A stretch of DNA of 64,000 nucleotides. It comes from Paraphysomonas bandaiensis. Its lineage: Eukaryota; Protista; Chrysophyceae. Each line of letters starts with the position of its first letter. The stretch's first letter is position 1. This document shows positions 51,636-64,000 of this stretch, piece after piece. The position numbers and the translations under genes are program-made. Below the pieces are notes generated by a model. That model was not told the DNA's origin. It worked only from the letters and a program-made list of their open reading frames with translations, and ran no database searches. The stretch lies in assembly GCA_965644295.1 (NCBI GenBank), contig CBFFRP010000335.1, positions 147,330 to 211,329 on the forward strand, read 5' to 3'.

Positions 51636-54364
51636 CTAAAACATACGCTGGGTATCTTTCACATACTGCACTAACGTCGAACTATCATTTCCTGACAACG
51701 CTAGCTGAAGTGTCATATTGAATCGATCACAAGACCTAAGCTCCGTTACGAGCTAGCACAGAAATAGTCAATATATTTCAGTACAACAAACAATTCCAAT
51801 TCATACCTTGTGTTCTTCGTCGGCTACAAACATATGATCACAAAGCAACAACAACAGAGATAGAAGTATATCCTCATCCAGCGCCATCGTGGAAAACACT
51901 TGCTTCAAGTTCAATCCATCTTTCCATATATTGCGCACGACCTGCGTGAAAGTTGTAACGACATCATGCATGAAGAGGTTATATTGCGCTCAGGTACTTC
52001 TACAAGATTTAAGGTATACCTTGGTCAGAGTGCTCTTCAAGTCATCACACGCTGTTGAGGGTATTTCCAACGTACGTATTTCACACACCAGTTTTCGAAT
52101 CTTTTTGTAGTACTTCATATATTTCTTGTTCTGAGCAACTTCTGCAGCTTTCCGGTCCTCTTTCTTCTTCTGATCGCTCTTACTGATTTTTCCTGAGCTC
52201 TTCTTCTTGAAGTTGTCATCGACGTTATCATCTATCCGCATTTCCAACATAGTCTTCTCTGTGCAGCAACAAATCGTAGAATAAGTAAAATGAAAATTCG
52301 ATACAGGACATAAACTATCACGCCGGGCAATTTGAGTTATTATTTATACTTAAAATGTTTTCGTTACGTACCGACAGCACTTCCGTCGAGAAGGCTTTCT
52401 CCATCCTGAGGCGTCTCTATGCTTCGATCTATTCCGTCCCATGCATGCTGTACCGATTTCTTTTCCCTTTTCCTCCGGTTCTGAAGCTGGGTTAGCACAT
52501 AATTGGTCTGATCATCCACCAGACATGACGGCGGGCTTCTGGTTTCAGCATCAGCAGAAGTGTTTACTGGTTTTATTGGGGCATTCTTAGCATCAGCACC
52601 AGCTTTTCGTTGGAATATAATAGCACGTGCTATGCATTTCCTCCTTAAATTCTGAATATTCACAAATTCATCGGTGTTCCGCATTTCCTGTGGAAAGTCC
52701 TCTAAATATGAATCCATTACTTCAATGGCTCGATCAGGCTGGAATTGGGCGTATAAGCATGAACAAAGACGATAAATTGCCTTAAGGTGATGTGGTCGAT
52801 GTTTCAAACACTCCTTACAAGCTGTCATACAAGCTTCCAACAGACTCTCCTTTGAATCTAACTTCTGCGCAATGATGGGCAACATTGGCGAATTTACCGC
52901 ATGGGTACTTGTCTTTGCGTCTGCTAAGCACGCGGCTATCTCGTCATGTGACATACCATGCAACTTCCAGTAGACAGAGGCAATATTATTATGCAATGTG
53001 CTTAGCATATTTATATCTTCTTCGCTATCCTCAATCCCATCCATAGTGGCCAGAAGTTTCCTGACTGAGTGCAAGTAACATTCGCCGGCAGGTATATATT
53101 GCGACTTCTTGAATAAGTCATTTCCTTTTTCCTTGATTTGCTGAACTGTCCAATGATCGAATTTAAATGGCTTAGGACTAGGATCCGTTAGTGAAATTTG
53201 GTTCGAACAAGTTGCAGAATCAACACTACAAGCGATATCCTCATTACTTTGAATGACTTCGTGTTCACGATCGTCTATAAGCAAAATACTTTCCGGAATG
53301 CAATATAAATCTGACTCGCTATAAGACGGCATGGTATGGCCATAAACATACACACCACCACCGTTATTAGCCACTCCTGCTTGTCTGAAATCCTCAATCA
53401 AAGTTTCGGCGAGTTTCGCCTCGTGGTAAGCCTCCGATTCCGTGTTGCAATCAGTGGGTAAAGTGGACCAATGAGAGACTTCTTCTAGTAGCTCTGCACT
53501 AAGCTGCAATCGTTTTGGGGAATCTTTTACCTCGCCTGTAAACATTACGCGTACCCAACTAAGCCAAAAGGCAAGTAGTTGTAAACATCTCATTGAGCCA
53601 CCAGGGTAGCTACCCACTCTGTTCGCAAGAAGGTTACCAAGCAGGGGACCACGACTTAAGGATAGTAGTCTCATATATAGAGCAGTTCTTATTTGACTGC
53701 TATTTATCGGTTGAAACCAATCAAATGTGTCACAGTCAGTTATCGAAAGAAATATTTCTACGGCCTGGCCCCTGGCGTATAAATTCGGTGCAGTCAGCAT
53801 ATTTACGAGAACTGATAATCCACCGGCAATAACAAAATCCCTTAGAAACGGCCACCGCTTCCTATAATGAAATATAACTATATTCACACCGATAGATTAA
53901 TTATCATGTACCTATGCACAATATAGACCAGTGAAAGTACAAAGAGTCGGAAGTCATCCTTCAAGCACGTAGTAGATTCTTCGCTAGACTGCAACAGGGT
54001 CGGATAGAAGCTATACGAAATACAAAATTAACCTTGTAGCAAATCTACTCCTCAATATTACCATATATGAGCTTTTGTTGGATAAAACAGTAAGACTCGT
54101 GCTTCATCAATAGTGAGGTCACACTTCAGTGTTCGCTGCAACTCCTCTCTTCTCGGATCCTCATAGAAACACATGAAGTTCTACAAACAGGCAAAACACA
54201 CTCTTAGCTGATACCTCAATACATAACGAGATCAGTCTGCTCACCTTCTTTATTTTATCTGTCAATGCGACCCCATCCGATAAATCCTTATAATCACCCT
54301 CCACCTTCTCCAAGGCATTGTCAAGAGCCCATGCAGGCGTTACTACGGCTCCACTTCCGTCCAT
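51636..54364 (-). CDS. ARM-like/TPR protein with RPAP3_C-like tail, multi-exon
   Basis: TPR IKEKGNDLFKKSQY, LHNNIASVYWKL, HLKAIYRL. Last exon LVTELRSCDRFNMTLQLAL..RMF*. Confidence 0.7.
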
Positions 54365-54480
54365 ATGATCCTGACACAGCGACTTTTAATATTTGCTCTG
54401 GAAATGAATTGTTGCTTACTTCTGCCTACTGCACTGTTCCATAACAGACAGACAGTTACCCTCTCGACTTATCCACTGTT

Positions 54481-55325
54481 TGTATGTATGTATGTATGTA
54501 TGTATGTATGTATGTATGTATGTATGTATGTATGTATGTATGTATGTATGTATGTATGTATGTATGTATGTATGTATGTATATGTATGTTTGTATGTATG
54601 TATGTATGTATGTATGTATGTATGTATGTATGTATGTATGTATGTATGTATGTATGTATGTATGTATGTATGTATGTATGTATGTATGTATGTATGTATG
54701 TATGTATGTATGTATGTATGTATGTATGTATGTATGTATGTATGTATGTATGTATGTATGTATGTATGTATGTATGTATGTATGTATGTATGTATGTATG
54801 TATGTATGTATGTATGTATGTATGTATGTATGTATGTATGTATGTATGTATGTATGTATGTATGTATGTATGTATGTATGTATGTATGTATGTATGTATG
54901 TATGTATGTATGTATGTATGTATGTATGTATGTATGTATGTATGTATGTATGTATGTATGTATGTATGTATGTATGTATGTATGTATGTATGTATGTATG
55001 TATGTATGTATGTATGTATGTATGTATGTATGTATGTCTGTATGTCTGTATGTATGTATGTATGTATGTATGTATGTATGTATGTATGTATGTATGTATG
55101 TATGTATGTATGTATGTATGTATGTATGTATGTATGTATGTATGTATGTATGTATGTATGTATGTATGTATGTATGTATGTATGTATGTATGTATGTATG
55201 TATGTATGTATGTATGTATGTATGTATGTATGTATGTATGTATGTATGTATGTATGTATGTATGTATGTATGTATGTATGTATGTATGTATGTATGTATG
55301 TATGTATGTATGTATGTATGTATGT
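54481..55325 (+). repeat. (TATG)n microsatellite, ~211 units
   Basis: Direct read; interruptions near 54581-54590 and 55037-55046. Confidence 0.99.
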
Positions 55326-55407
55326 GGTTATCATCATTATTATAATTGTCACTGATATAGTTTTCTTTGCTAGACGTCGTGACATTGAGAACTGACTGTG
55401 ATCCATC

Positions 55408-58400
55408 ATGATAGGCCATAAATTAACAACGATATTACTGTTGTCGTTGTGCAGTATGGGCATAGCTATGTACGAGGATCAAGTGGGTGAATATGACTGG
55501 CACATAGAGAATGTGGGCTACGTGCAGGACTCCATCTTCATGGTACGGCCTCATCGTGCTTCGCTTACATGTGCTAAATATACTACAGAATAAGAAGGTT
55601 GTGGTCGCGAGCGAAGACGGAGTGATCGCTGCTCTGAACAGCAGGACCGGCAGTATCATATGGAGAGTGCTGCCTAGAGCCACCAAAGGTTATATCTGTG
55701 CATCATATGCAACATTTTTTTCTAGAATTGTATATGAGTCTATGTATGTGTCTCCATGAGTACGTGACGATGTTATGGCTATCATCTGTGAGTCGCGTCC
55801 TATTTAACATAGCTCTGGCATTGAACCTGTCGTATATATATGTTTTGCTATTACTTTGGAGGTTATATTTGGTTTAATTATTTGAAACAGGTCCATATGT
55901 GAGGCTTATGGCCGCCAGTATTGATTCGGTATACACCCTTTCTGTATTTGGAACAGTAGAATGTTGGGACGCTTCATCTGGTAGTCTACTCTGGTCTAGC
56001 CCTGCCTTTAACAGCTCTGTCGATGTTTTTTCTCGCGATGAATATGCGGATATGTTTTATAATCCCAGTCAGCGCTGTCTTCAAGTAATTTCTCACAATC
56101 AGTTTACCTTCTTCAATGCTGAGAGTGGTACTGTTCTATTTGCTCTAGACCCGACATCAGACGAGGCTAAGGCCATACAGCCAGCTTATCCGAGCATCGA
56201 TCTGGAAATGTTGACTTTTATTCATTTAGATCGCACCTCGTCACCATCGAAATCGGCCTCAAGTAACTCTCGAAGTGTGCTCTCTGGGTGTATTCGTAGT
56301 GAGACATCCTCCTGTGCCTCCACCTTTACTATACATGTCCGTGAGCGCTGGCAGGGGGAAGAAATGAAGGTGACTCTCGAGGACATCAGAGTTTCCGCTG
56401 GGCCACTGGAGAAAGGTTTTGGTAAAGTGTACGCTAATAGGGAGGCTATTTCTGCGCTGACGTCAACTTCAATCGACGATGTCACCTTTACTTCTGTACA
56501 CCTACCGTCCAATACTTTGAGCCAAGCTATTCTGCCGAACTCTTCTGTGAAATATGGATCGAACGAAATTGAAGTCAATACATTTGTAGTAGTTCTTGAA
56601 GGTGGTAGTGTCAGTAGTGGGATATCTGTTTGTGCGAGAAATGGCTGTAGTGTGTACGAAATCACCTTCGATCCGTCCAATCATATGCAACTAAATGAAG
56701 TACTTACATGCTCGTCGGAGAGTAACTCAAGGAGTTCCGTTATATCGTTTTCACGCTCTCCCAGCGATTTTAAAACTGTGAAAGGGGTTATGTGCAGCTC
56801 GGTTAGGACATCGTCAACTCAGACGTGCCCGAAAGATACCTGCTCTTCTCCTGTTGTCAGTAGCCTCTTTACTTCAGATATGAAAAGGTATGAGGAGGTA
56901 AAAGTGCAACTTGAAAGCTCCCATGGGCTGATTGCACTAGCTGGCGCATTTGTTCACACCTTTACTTCAAAAACGAAATCCCCTGAGCGAATGTTTAAGA
57001 TTCTATTCGTGTCCAGCGGTGGTATGTTGATTTGCGCTTCCAACAACGGTGTCGTGTGGAATAGAGAGGAGGGACTCTCTAGAACCGTTGGTGTAGTGGT
57101 TCAGGATGGACATGTCTCAAGAAATGAAAAGAAAGGTTATGGTGTTGAAGAGCTCACTGCGATTCCGGATTTCAAAGCTAGGATGAGCATGCAGTATGAG
57201 GCTATGGAGGTATATAGTTTGTATTGTCGATACCGCCGAACACTCGTCTTATTTGTTGTCCCTTTCAGGATAAACTCACTTCTCTTGTGAGCAACATTAG
57301 ATCCCTTCGGTCCAGTGTAGCCACCTTGGTGTACCATGCACTACCACCCGAGATACAGGATGCTCTGTTTCCCTCGTTTCGCCCTGAGAGCACCAGAGAT
57401 TCTGTTAATTCCGTGCTGTTTGGATTCAACAAGATTGCGGTGCAGCTGACGTCAAGGTATAGTGATACTTATGCCTACAGCTACCCTTTTTCTATACTGC
57501 GGTATATCTCTTCAGGAGAGAACTATATCTGGCAGATGCTGTGAAGTAGTATTTCATGAACATTTATTGTACTAATTTCATGAACAGATGTAGTCTAGTC
57601 ACAGATGGTCCCGTTAGTACGATGTGTTTAGACGGTCTCAGAGTAAGTCGTTGAATTAGATTGCCTGTGTATACATATTTCTAACTGGCTGGTATCAGGT
57701 GATCGCGGTAGATCTCATAGATGGGTCACTTTTGTGGTCATTCACGCCAAATATATCTCCTTATGTGGGTACGATTGGTAAAAATGATCTGATTTTATTT
57801 TCTGCTCGTTTGCTGAGAATACGCTCGCATTACCGCGATTCCCACCCTCCAGAAATATCTTTGTTGGTTAGTGTTGCTGGCGCTAACGACAGTGTATTGC
57901 TGTCTTTCAACTTCCATGGAATGGATGGTGTAGGTCTTGGACAGCACTCCTCTTTAGGCGGCGACATTGATCAGTCCACCATTCCTAATGGAGTGATTAG
58001 AGCGCCCTCATTGGTTGCAGAAGGTCTGGGACATGTGTTAGGAGCCCAAATGTTGTCGTCTCCGTTAACTGAATATTTATCTGAGCATGCATATAGCCAT
58101 CATGGAATGATACAATACCTACTGGTGAGCACATTGCACTTCCGTTATGGATCCACGCCTGACGATATTTTATCTCTTTAGGTCCATGACAGTACTCCTA
58201 AGAGTGCAACTGTATTCCCTTTTTTGAATGACATGTTTTACCCCGATAAATCCGAGGTTTATGTGCACGACATGGGGCAAAATCAACGGTTTATCTCTTA
58301 CCAGGTCTGTGTATCACGTTAACTTATGTACATTTTGCGTGCACAATCTTGTGTGCTATCAATTCACAACTGTGAATATGTTACTCTCTCATGCATCTCT

Positions 58401-60498
58401 TTCGCACATATTCGCACCATGCAGTTTTATGTTACACTACTGGCTATCTAGACGCTGTAGATTTTATTGTATCTCATTGCCGTACGTATTCATATTTCCC
58501 ACAGGTGGACTTCAAGAGGGTACTGTCTTCGCACCCATACGCCCTCTCTATCAGCAACCAACGCTCACCCATTGTTGCTTTTGGACTAAATATAGTGGGT
58601 GCGACAAATTTTAATGAGAAGGAAAGAGTATTGAAATTGAAGTATGTAACTCCTCAAGATCCGGTCGAGAGCCCGGCTAGAGTACTTGGTGAGTATGTGT
58701 TCGTGTCGTATCATGTGGTGATTGGAATTAATAGGGGATGACTCACTGTTGCTGAAGTACCTCAATCCTCACATGGTCGTTATCGTCTCTGAGAAGCGCC
58801 AGAATTCTGATGGCAATTGGGACCATGGAAATGATGTTGGAGAGGACCATGTGAACATTGATGAGCTGTTTGTGACGGTTGTGGACACAGTGTCAGCTGA
58901 GGTATATAAACAAGTTATTTTCATGTGTTTTCGGTCTATGCTGTTCCGTGGCTTTGTCTTTGCGTGTATGTATGTGAATGTGATCTTACTGTTTTGTCAC
59001 TCTTCTTGTAGGTTGTTCACCGCTTCTCCATCATGCATGCGGTAGCCCCGGTGCATGTTGCAGTTGTCGAAAACAGCATCTTCACCTCGTATTGGAATGC
59101 CAAGGCTCAAAGAAGTGAAATTTCGTCCGTCAGTCTTTATGAGGTGTGCTTTGTACATTTTTGGTGGACTAGAACTATGTATATATACTACTTATCTGCT
59201 GAATAATGTACCTCTTTATATAACCAACTGGTGCGTTTTCAACTGATGTGTTTCCAGGGTATGATCGATAAGTATGGCCTTGGGCCACTATCTGCGAACC
59301 CCGTTGACCCTGTGAGATCGTCTTTTAACGCACCACCTCCAATAGGTAGCACATTACATGATATATTTACCATTCGTACTTGCATTGAACTATACGATGT
59401 ACCCTTCAGTACGTGTGTGATCTAACCTATGTACAGCTCTACAAAAGACATTCGCGCTTCCGCGATCAGTTACAGGTTGGTCTAACAGCATTGACTCGCA
59501 ATTATTTTGAATGGCCGATATCAGTGTCTATGGTGTTATTGTTTTGGATAGCATTAATATACGTTTTGTGTATCAGCGATGCATCACACTGTAACTGAGA
59601 GAGGCATTGCAAACAAAAATTTGGTCTTGGGATTCATCACGGGACAGGTAATTAGCGCACGGTCAGATGCAGTTGTAGTGTGTATGTGTGGAGTATGGTG
59701 CAATATGTGGCATATATACGACACTGTTCTAAGGTCTGATATAAACGTTTAAACAGGTGTATGCTCTGGATATGAGAATGGTGGATCCTCGTAGACCTCT
59801 AGGGACACCCACTGCTTCGGAAAAAAATGAGGTATAATCTCACCTTTGTGAAATCATCAGTGATGTTATGTCACATGGTGCAGTTATGTTTACGAATGAC
59901 TGATAATCGTTTTGTTGTTTTCAAATTTTGTTTTTGAATGGCAATGCACAGGGTCTTCATCAATATTTCCCGCATATCTTACTGTCTCCGCTGGGAGCGC
60001 TGACGGCCAACTCTACTGTTGGATACCCAAGCATGATCTCAAGCAGTCCTTCGCACCTTGAGTCCACGTCCCTTGTACTCACTCATGGATTGGATGTACA
60101 CTTTACCAGGTATAGTATACAGAAGTATATACAACATGACTTGGAAACTTTAGATATACTGCATAGTATGTATTTCCCGAAGGCTACAATCTAGCACGCA
60201 GACCTTTTTTCGTTTTCACTGTACCTTCAATTTGTACGATCGAGTGCTGGTATTAACAAAGAACTATTTATATGAGTAGTTGTGTGTATGGACTGATACG
60301 TGTATGAAAAAACAAAGGATGCAGCTTACGCATTATCTCTCCCTATGCAACAGGTGGACGCCATCCAAAGGATTCGATATGCTTGCCTCGGACTTTAACA
60401 AACCCCTTCTGACACTTATTCTTGTGGGAATGGGAGTGGCTGTTTTGGTTCTCAGGCAGATGAACCAGAGGAGGCTCTTGGCTTTGGGCTGGTCTTAG
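55408..60498 (+). CDS. EMC1: ER membrane protein complex subunit 1, many exons
   Basis: Signal peptide plus MYEDQVGEYDW, VWNREEGL, GDDSLLLKYLNPH, HLESTSLV, PSKGFDMLASDFN, and a C-terminal TM. Confidence 0.95.
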
Positions 60499-60786
60499 GT
60501 CTTAGGACGTTACCAACATCCGGGCGGTGAGTAACCCCAACCGTCTTTTAGTGTCCTCCAGCGTACTGCGGGCCATGATATATATCGAGATAGTTAGTGA
60601 CAGCGGAAGCTATATGTAGATCACCACATTATGGAGAGGTAGTAGTATAGTGATGCAGTAGTTCTGTACCTATTGGGCTGGTATATTTTCGAATTCCTCA
60701 TAATTAAGTAGATTACTGCAACTGGGTGTGCCGCGCTAATTTCTAAATTTCAGCGAGGCATAGTAGTCATCTCTGCTATAACTATC

Positions 60787-61849
60787 CAGGGCCTGGCGAT
60801 TAATGAAAAATGTCCAGGCAATTATAATTGCGGGAACTGGACTATCACTAATTGCATCCCATTAATAGAGTGTATTGGCACTTGACTTATTATTCCATAT
60901 ATATAGAACTAGATGAAATCTAAACAACATATTAAACAGTGTTAATACAACTCTACATCGACTTTGTGGAAGCTTTTCGATTATCAGCGGCAAACTTGAA
61001 GCTATAAGAGTTAGAAATTAGCTTCCTGAGCAACAACATAACAACGTACGTACTTACGTACTCTTACTCAAAAACTCTAAGAAATCATTGAAAATATGCA
61101 TATTTCACCTAGAAAAAAGCATTCATAAAAATATTTTTTCCTCCAAAGTTGAAAGAAGCTGCAGTACACACAACTAAACTAAATAATTCTACTCTGTATT
61201 TATACCATATATATACCATATATTAAGCAACAATGATGGCCAAAAGAAATTGATGGCAGTGTAATGTACAGAGTTTTCTTCCGAGTGAATTCGCAGGACC
61301 ACTGAGTCATCTTCCTTCGTTTGGGCGCTATGTTGGTTTTCTGACACTGAGCAAGCAAACTGGCATTCCTTGATGAAAGATCTAAAGACGTTTAAGAATG
61401 CCAGTGTGCTCTCATTCGACAGCAATCACGACAAAAGTGCAGGAACCGATTTGCACAGGAGGGGGTGTTCTGGACAGCGCCGAGGTCACAGAGAGCTCGA
61501 CTCTATGAGTCCAACTACCATTGCTTGCTTCATATCAAAATACAATCTAATGTTGCTGTTGAGAGGCTCTGTACTCGTGCAAAGTTGATTATGATACCTG
61601 AGCGTAGATTCATGAACCCATCTCGTCTAGAATTATTGCTATTCCTACGAGCCAATTACATGTTGTGGGATGCTTGTGTCCTCCATGAAGCCCTGCAAAA
61701 AGATCCTGATGTGCCAATATGGAGAGCGAGAAGTATTTACGATTTATAGTCTGTTATTACATATAAGTAATTAAGGGAGCACTACACTATCTATGTGAGC
61801 GGTATAATCAACTTAGGTATTAATGGCCATTAATGGTTACCAGGTTCTG
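60787..61849 (+). mobile_element. Degenerate, internally deleted hAT DNA transposon
   Basis: Imperfect TIRs CAGGGCCTGG..ATTAATG and revcomp CAGAACCTGG..ATTAATG. Dimerisation-domain remnant SNVAVERLCTRAKLIM..MNPSRLELLLFLRANYMLWD lies in ORF 61465-61749. Confidence 0.7.
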
Positions 61850-62687
61850 GTGCTAACTACCAACAGGACATCTGTGGTGAGAATTGAATAATTTCAATAC
61901 TCTATTTTTTTGTAGAATGATTTAACTTAATTAAATGAATTTGAAGCACAATAAATAATCAACTAGTACAATTATATTGGGCATCCTAATCCTAATCATT
62001 CGTTTTTCTTATTCACAGAACAAAAATATTAATTTTGACGTGTTGTGTGTGCCAGGATTATTGAAAACTACGTTTTATGTATTGTCCCCGACTATGCAAC
62101 TAGCAATATCGCTCACCATAGAGCAATAATAGCAGTTTCGGAATAATATGTAGCTTATCCCCAAGATATAGATGCGCATGCCAAGTTTATTATGGGAGTT
62201 GGTGAAATGTGTGGTTGGATATGTACATTGGGTAAATATTGGGAAATGTCATCTAAATATAAGCCGAGTGACGATTAGGGCTTTCTGCTATTCTATTGAA
62301 GCATCAACACGGCAAAAAAGCACATTTTTTTAGTCGAATTTGTGAATAGTGTCTTGTATTTTGCGCTCCACCTCGATGTTCTTCTTCTCAGTGGCTGCAA
62401 TCGTCGTCTTCAGTGTGTGACCTGTTTCAAAGTTGACAGTCAGTCAGTAACTGGTGGTCAATAAATATACCAAAGCATTCCTTAGTAGTTCTGGACCGGA
62501 GAGAATGACGTCTTGGAGAGAAGTTAAAAACTACAAAACAGATTATTGTGGATGTGTCCAAGTTAAGAGAAGTCGTTGCTACTATCTTTGAATAAATATA
62601 ATATGATGGTGTAAACGTGTAAACTTGATATACATGCGGAGTCATACGTCTACCGCAACATATGATAGTCGTGTTCCTTATATAGTA

Positions 62688-62824
62688 GTGAATGTCTGAT
62701 TATTTAGCAATAGGCGTTGAGACCTTGCAGCAATTAGTGGCTAGAAGAATGCTAGTCATACTAGTTAGACCACTACCCGTAACTAATCAATACAAACTCT
62801 TTTATCCTACTATTTAACGCTACG
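62688..62824 (-). repeat. Dispersed repeat family, copy G (terminal part)
   Basis: The reverse complement cgtagcgttaaatagtaggat..ggtctaactag..aacgcctattgctaaataatcagacattcac matches the end of copy B. Confidence 0.85.
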
Positions 62825-64000
62825 AATTGACAACCAGAACCACGGCTCGCAGTACAGGTATAGCACACAAACACGCAAGTGTGAAAACAATGTATAATTA
62901 ATTATGTTCTGACTGCTCTAGGAAAAACCTAATGCTCAGTAAATGATACCCGCCAAGTATCACCACGCAAGGAACACCGCCAGTGCAACAAGATCGTTGG
63001 CACCAAGCACTTCGGTTAAGCCTAAACAAGTGCATAACACCATAGCATACATGTTACACCCACTCCTACTCCTCAACAACATCACAACACCCTGCAACGT
63101 CACAACCACCCACAGAAACGTGTTTATTCTATAAACTGAATACACACAGCAACCTAGGAGCAACGTATAACCGCATACTAATAGTACACTACATCCTACG
63201 TTTTACTTTCTACCTAAATTCCCTTACAAAAACAGTATACCGCCACTTTGGTGTATTTTAGCATTCAAGAACCCAAAATCCCTAATATCCAGGTTATACG
63301 TAAATACAACCCTGCATACCCGGTATTGCATATCACAATTGATTCCCCACTGAGTCTGGTATGAACACTCGTGCACCTCGAGTATATAATATCCATTCAC
63401 CCTTGATGTGATATGTACTTGCCCCCCTATAGGGTAGTATGGGTAATACCAGTACGTATTCCTATGGAAGTATACACTGCAACTGCTACACTGGAATACT
63501 GACCCACATAACTTTATTATAAATTTGTGGCAGGTTTCACATTGCGTGAAGTCACCATCAGCAGATAAAGTGGACATCACACCTGAACGTTGATTCCGTG
63601 TGTAAGTACATCACAGCTCATTACCCCCTCTTAATGAGTATAACATAGAATATGCATCCTAGACATGGTACGGGGTCCTGATGATATAATGTTCTTGATA
63701 TAGGGTCCTAAACTAATATCACAGGGTCCTGAATGGGCAATGCATGCAGTTCTGGTACTATAGCCACGTAGATAGGGCATAGGAAATGCCACGTGGTCAC
63801 ACTGCCTCCCCCCCTCGTTTTTGTGAGAAATCCATGGTCGCACACATGTCAATGGGACTAGGTTTGAAATAGCCATCAAAACGAACCACCATGGAGTATT
63901 ATTATCATATTATAGATTTAATTTGGAGAATACTGAAAAATTTCACATCGTAAATTGTAGAGTAGGAACACTTTATACCGACTGATTAACTTGTGGAAAT

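Noticed and set aside
63224-63580. Fanzor/TnpB C-terminal zinc finger
   Set aside because: CxxC..CxxC is followed by FH rather than RDxNAAxN, and no RuvC motifs are visible; a PHD finger fits better.

Overview
Gene-dense eukaryotic (protist; stramenopile-like by inference) nuclear DNA with short GT-AG introns. It holds about 21 protein-coding genes, most arranged as head-to-head pairs. Recognisable products are a GH5 endoglycoceramidase, a membrane-anchored GH5_2 cellulase, a cyclin-Y-like protein, a CFA/CNMT-like methyltransferase, uL15m, an M28 peptidase, ECI1, an FKBP-TPR-TM protein, a Tim17-family protein, a GNAT, TIM13, CHCHD2/Mix17, METTL17/Rsm22, STRAP, a papain-type protease, a TPR/RPAP3_C-like protein and EMC1. 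The standout is a Ty3/Gypsy-derived LTR element (38034-42404) plus an extra LTR (37724-37929), inserted in the same register inside a (TACA)n microsatellite in a divergent promoter. Its 206-bp LTRs are near-identical, yet pol is shattered and no gag is visible. In place of gag is a ~1-kb array of 106-bp units whose substitutions preserve sense-strand RNA hairpins, followed by a multibranch RNA domain. This suggests a microsatellite-targeted, non-autonomous retroelement that relies on structured RNA. Also present are a second ~845-bp (TATG)n array, a dispersed repeat family with a shared terminus, a 703-bp tandem duplication, a foldback element and a hAT remnant. All calls are by eye; no searches or folding programs were run.
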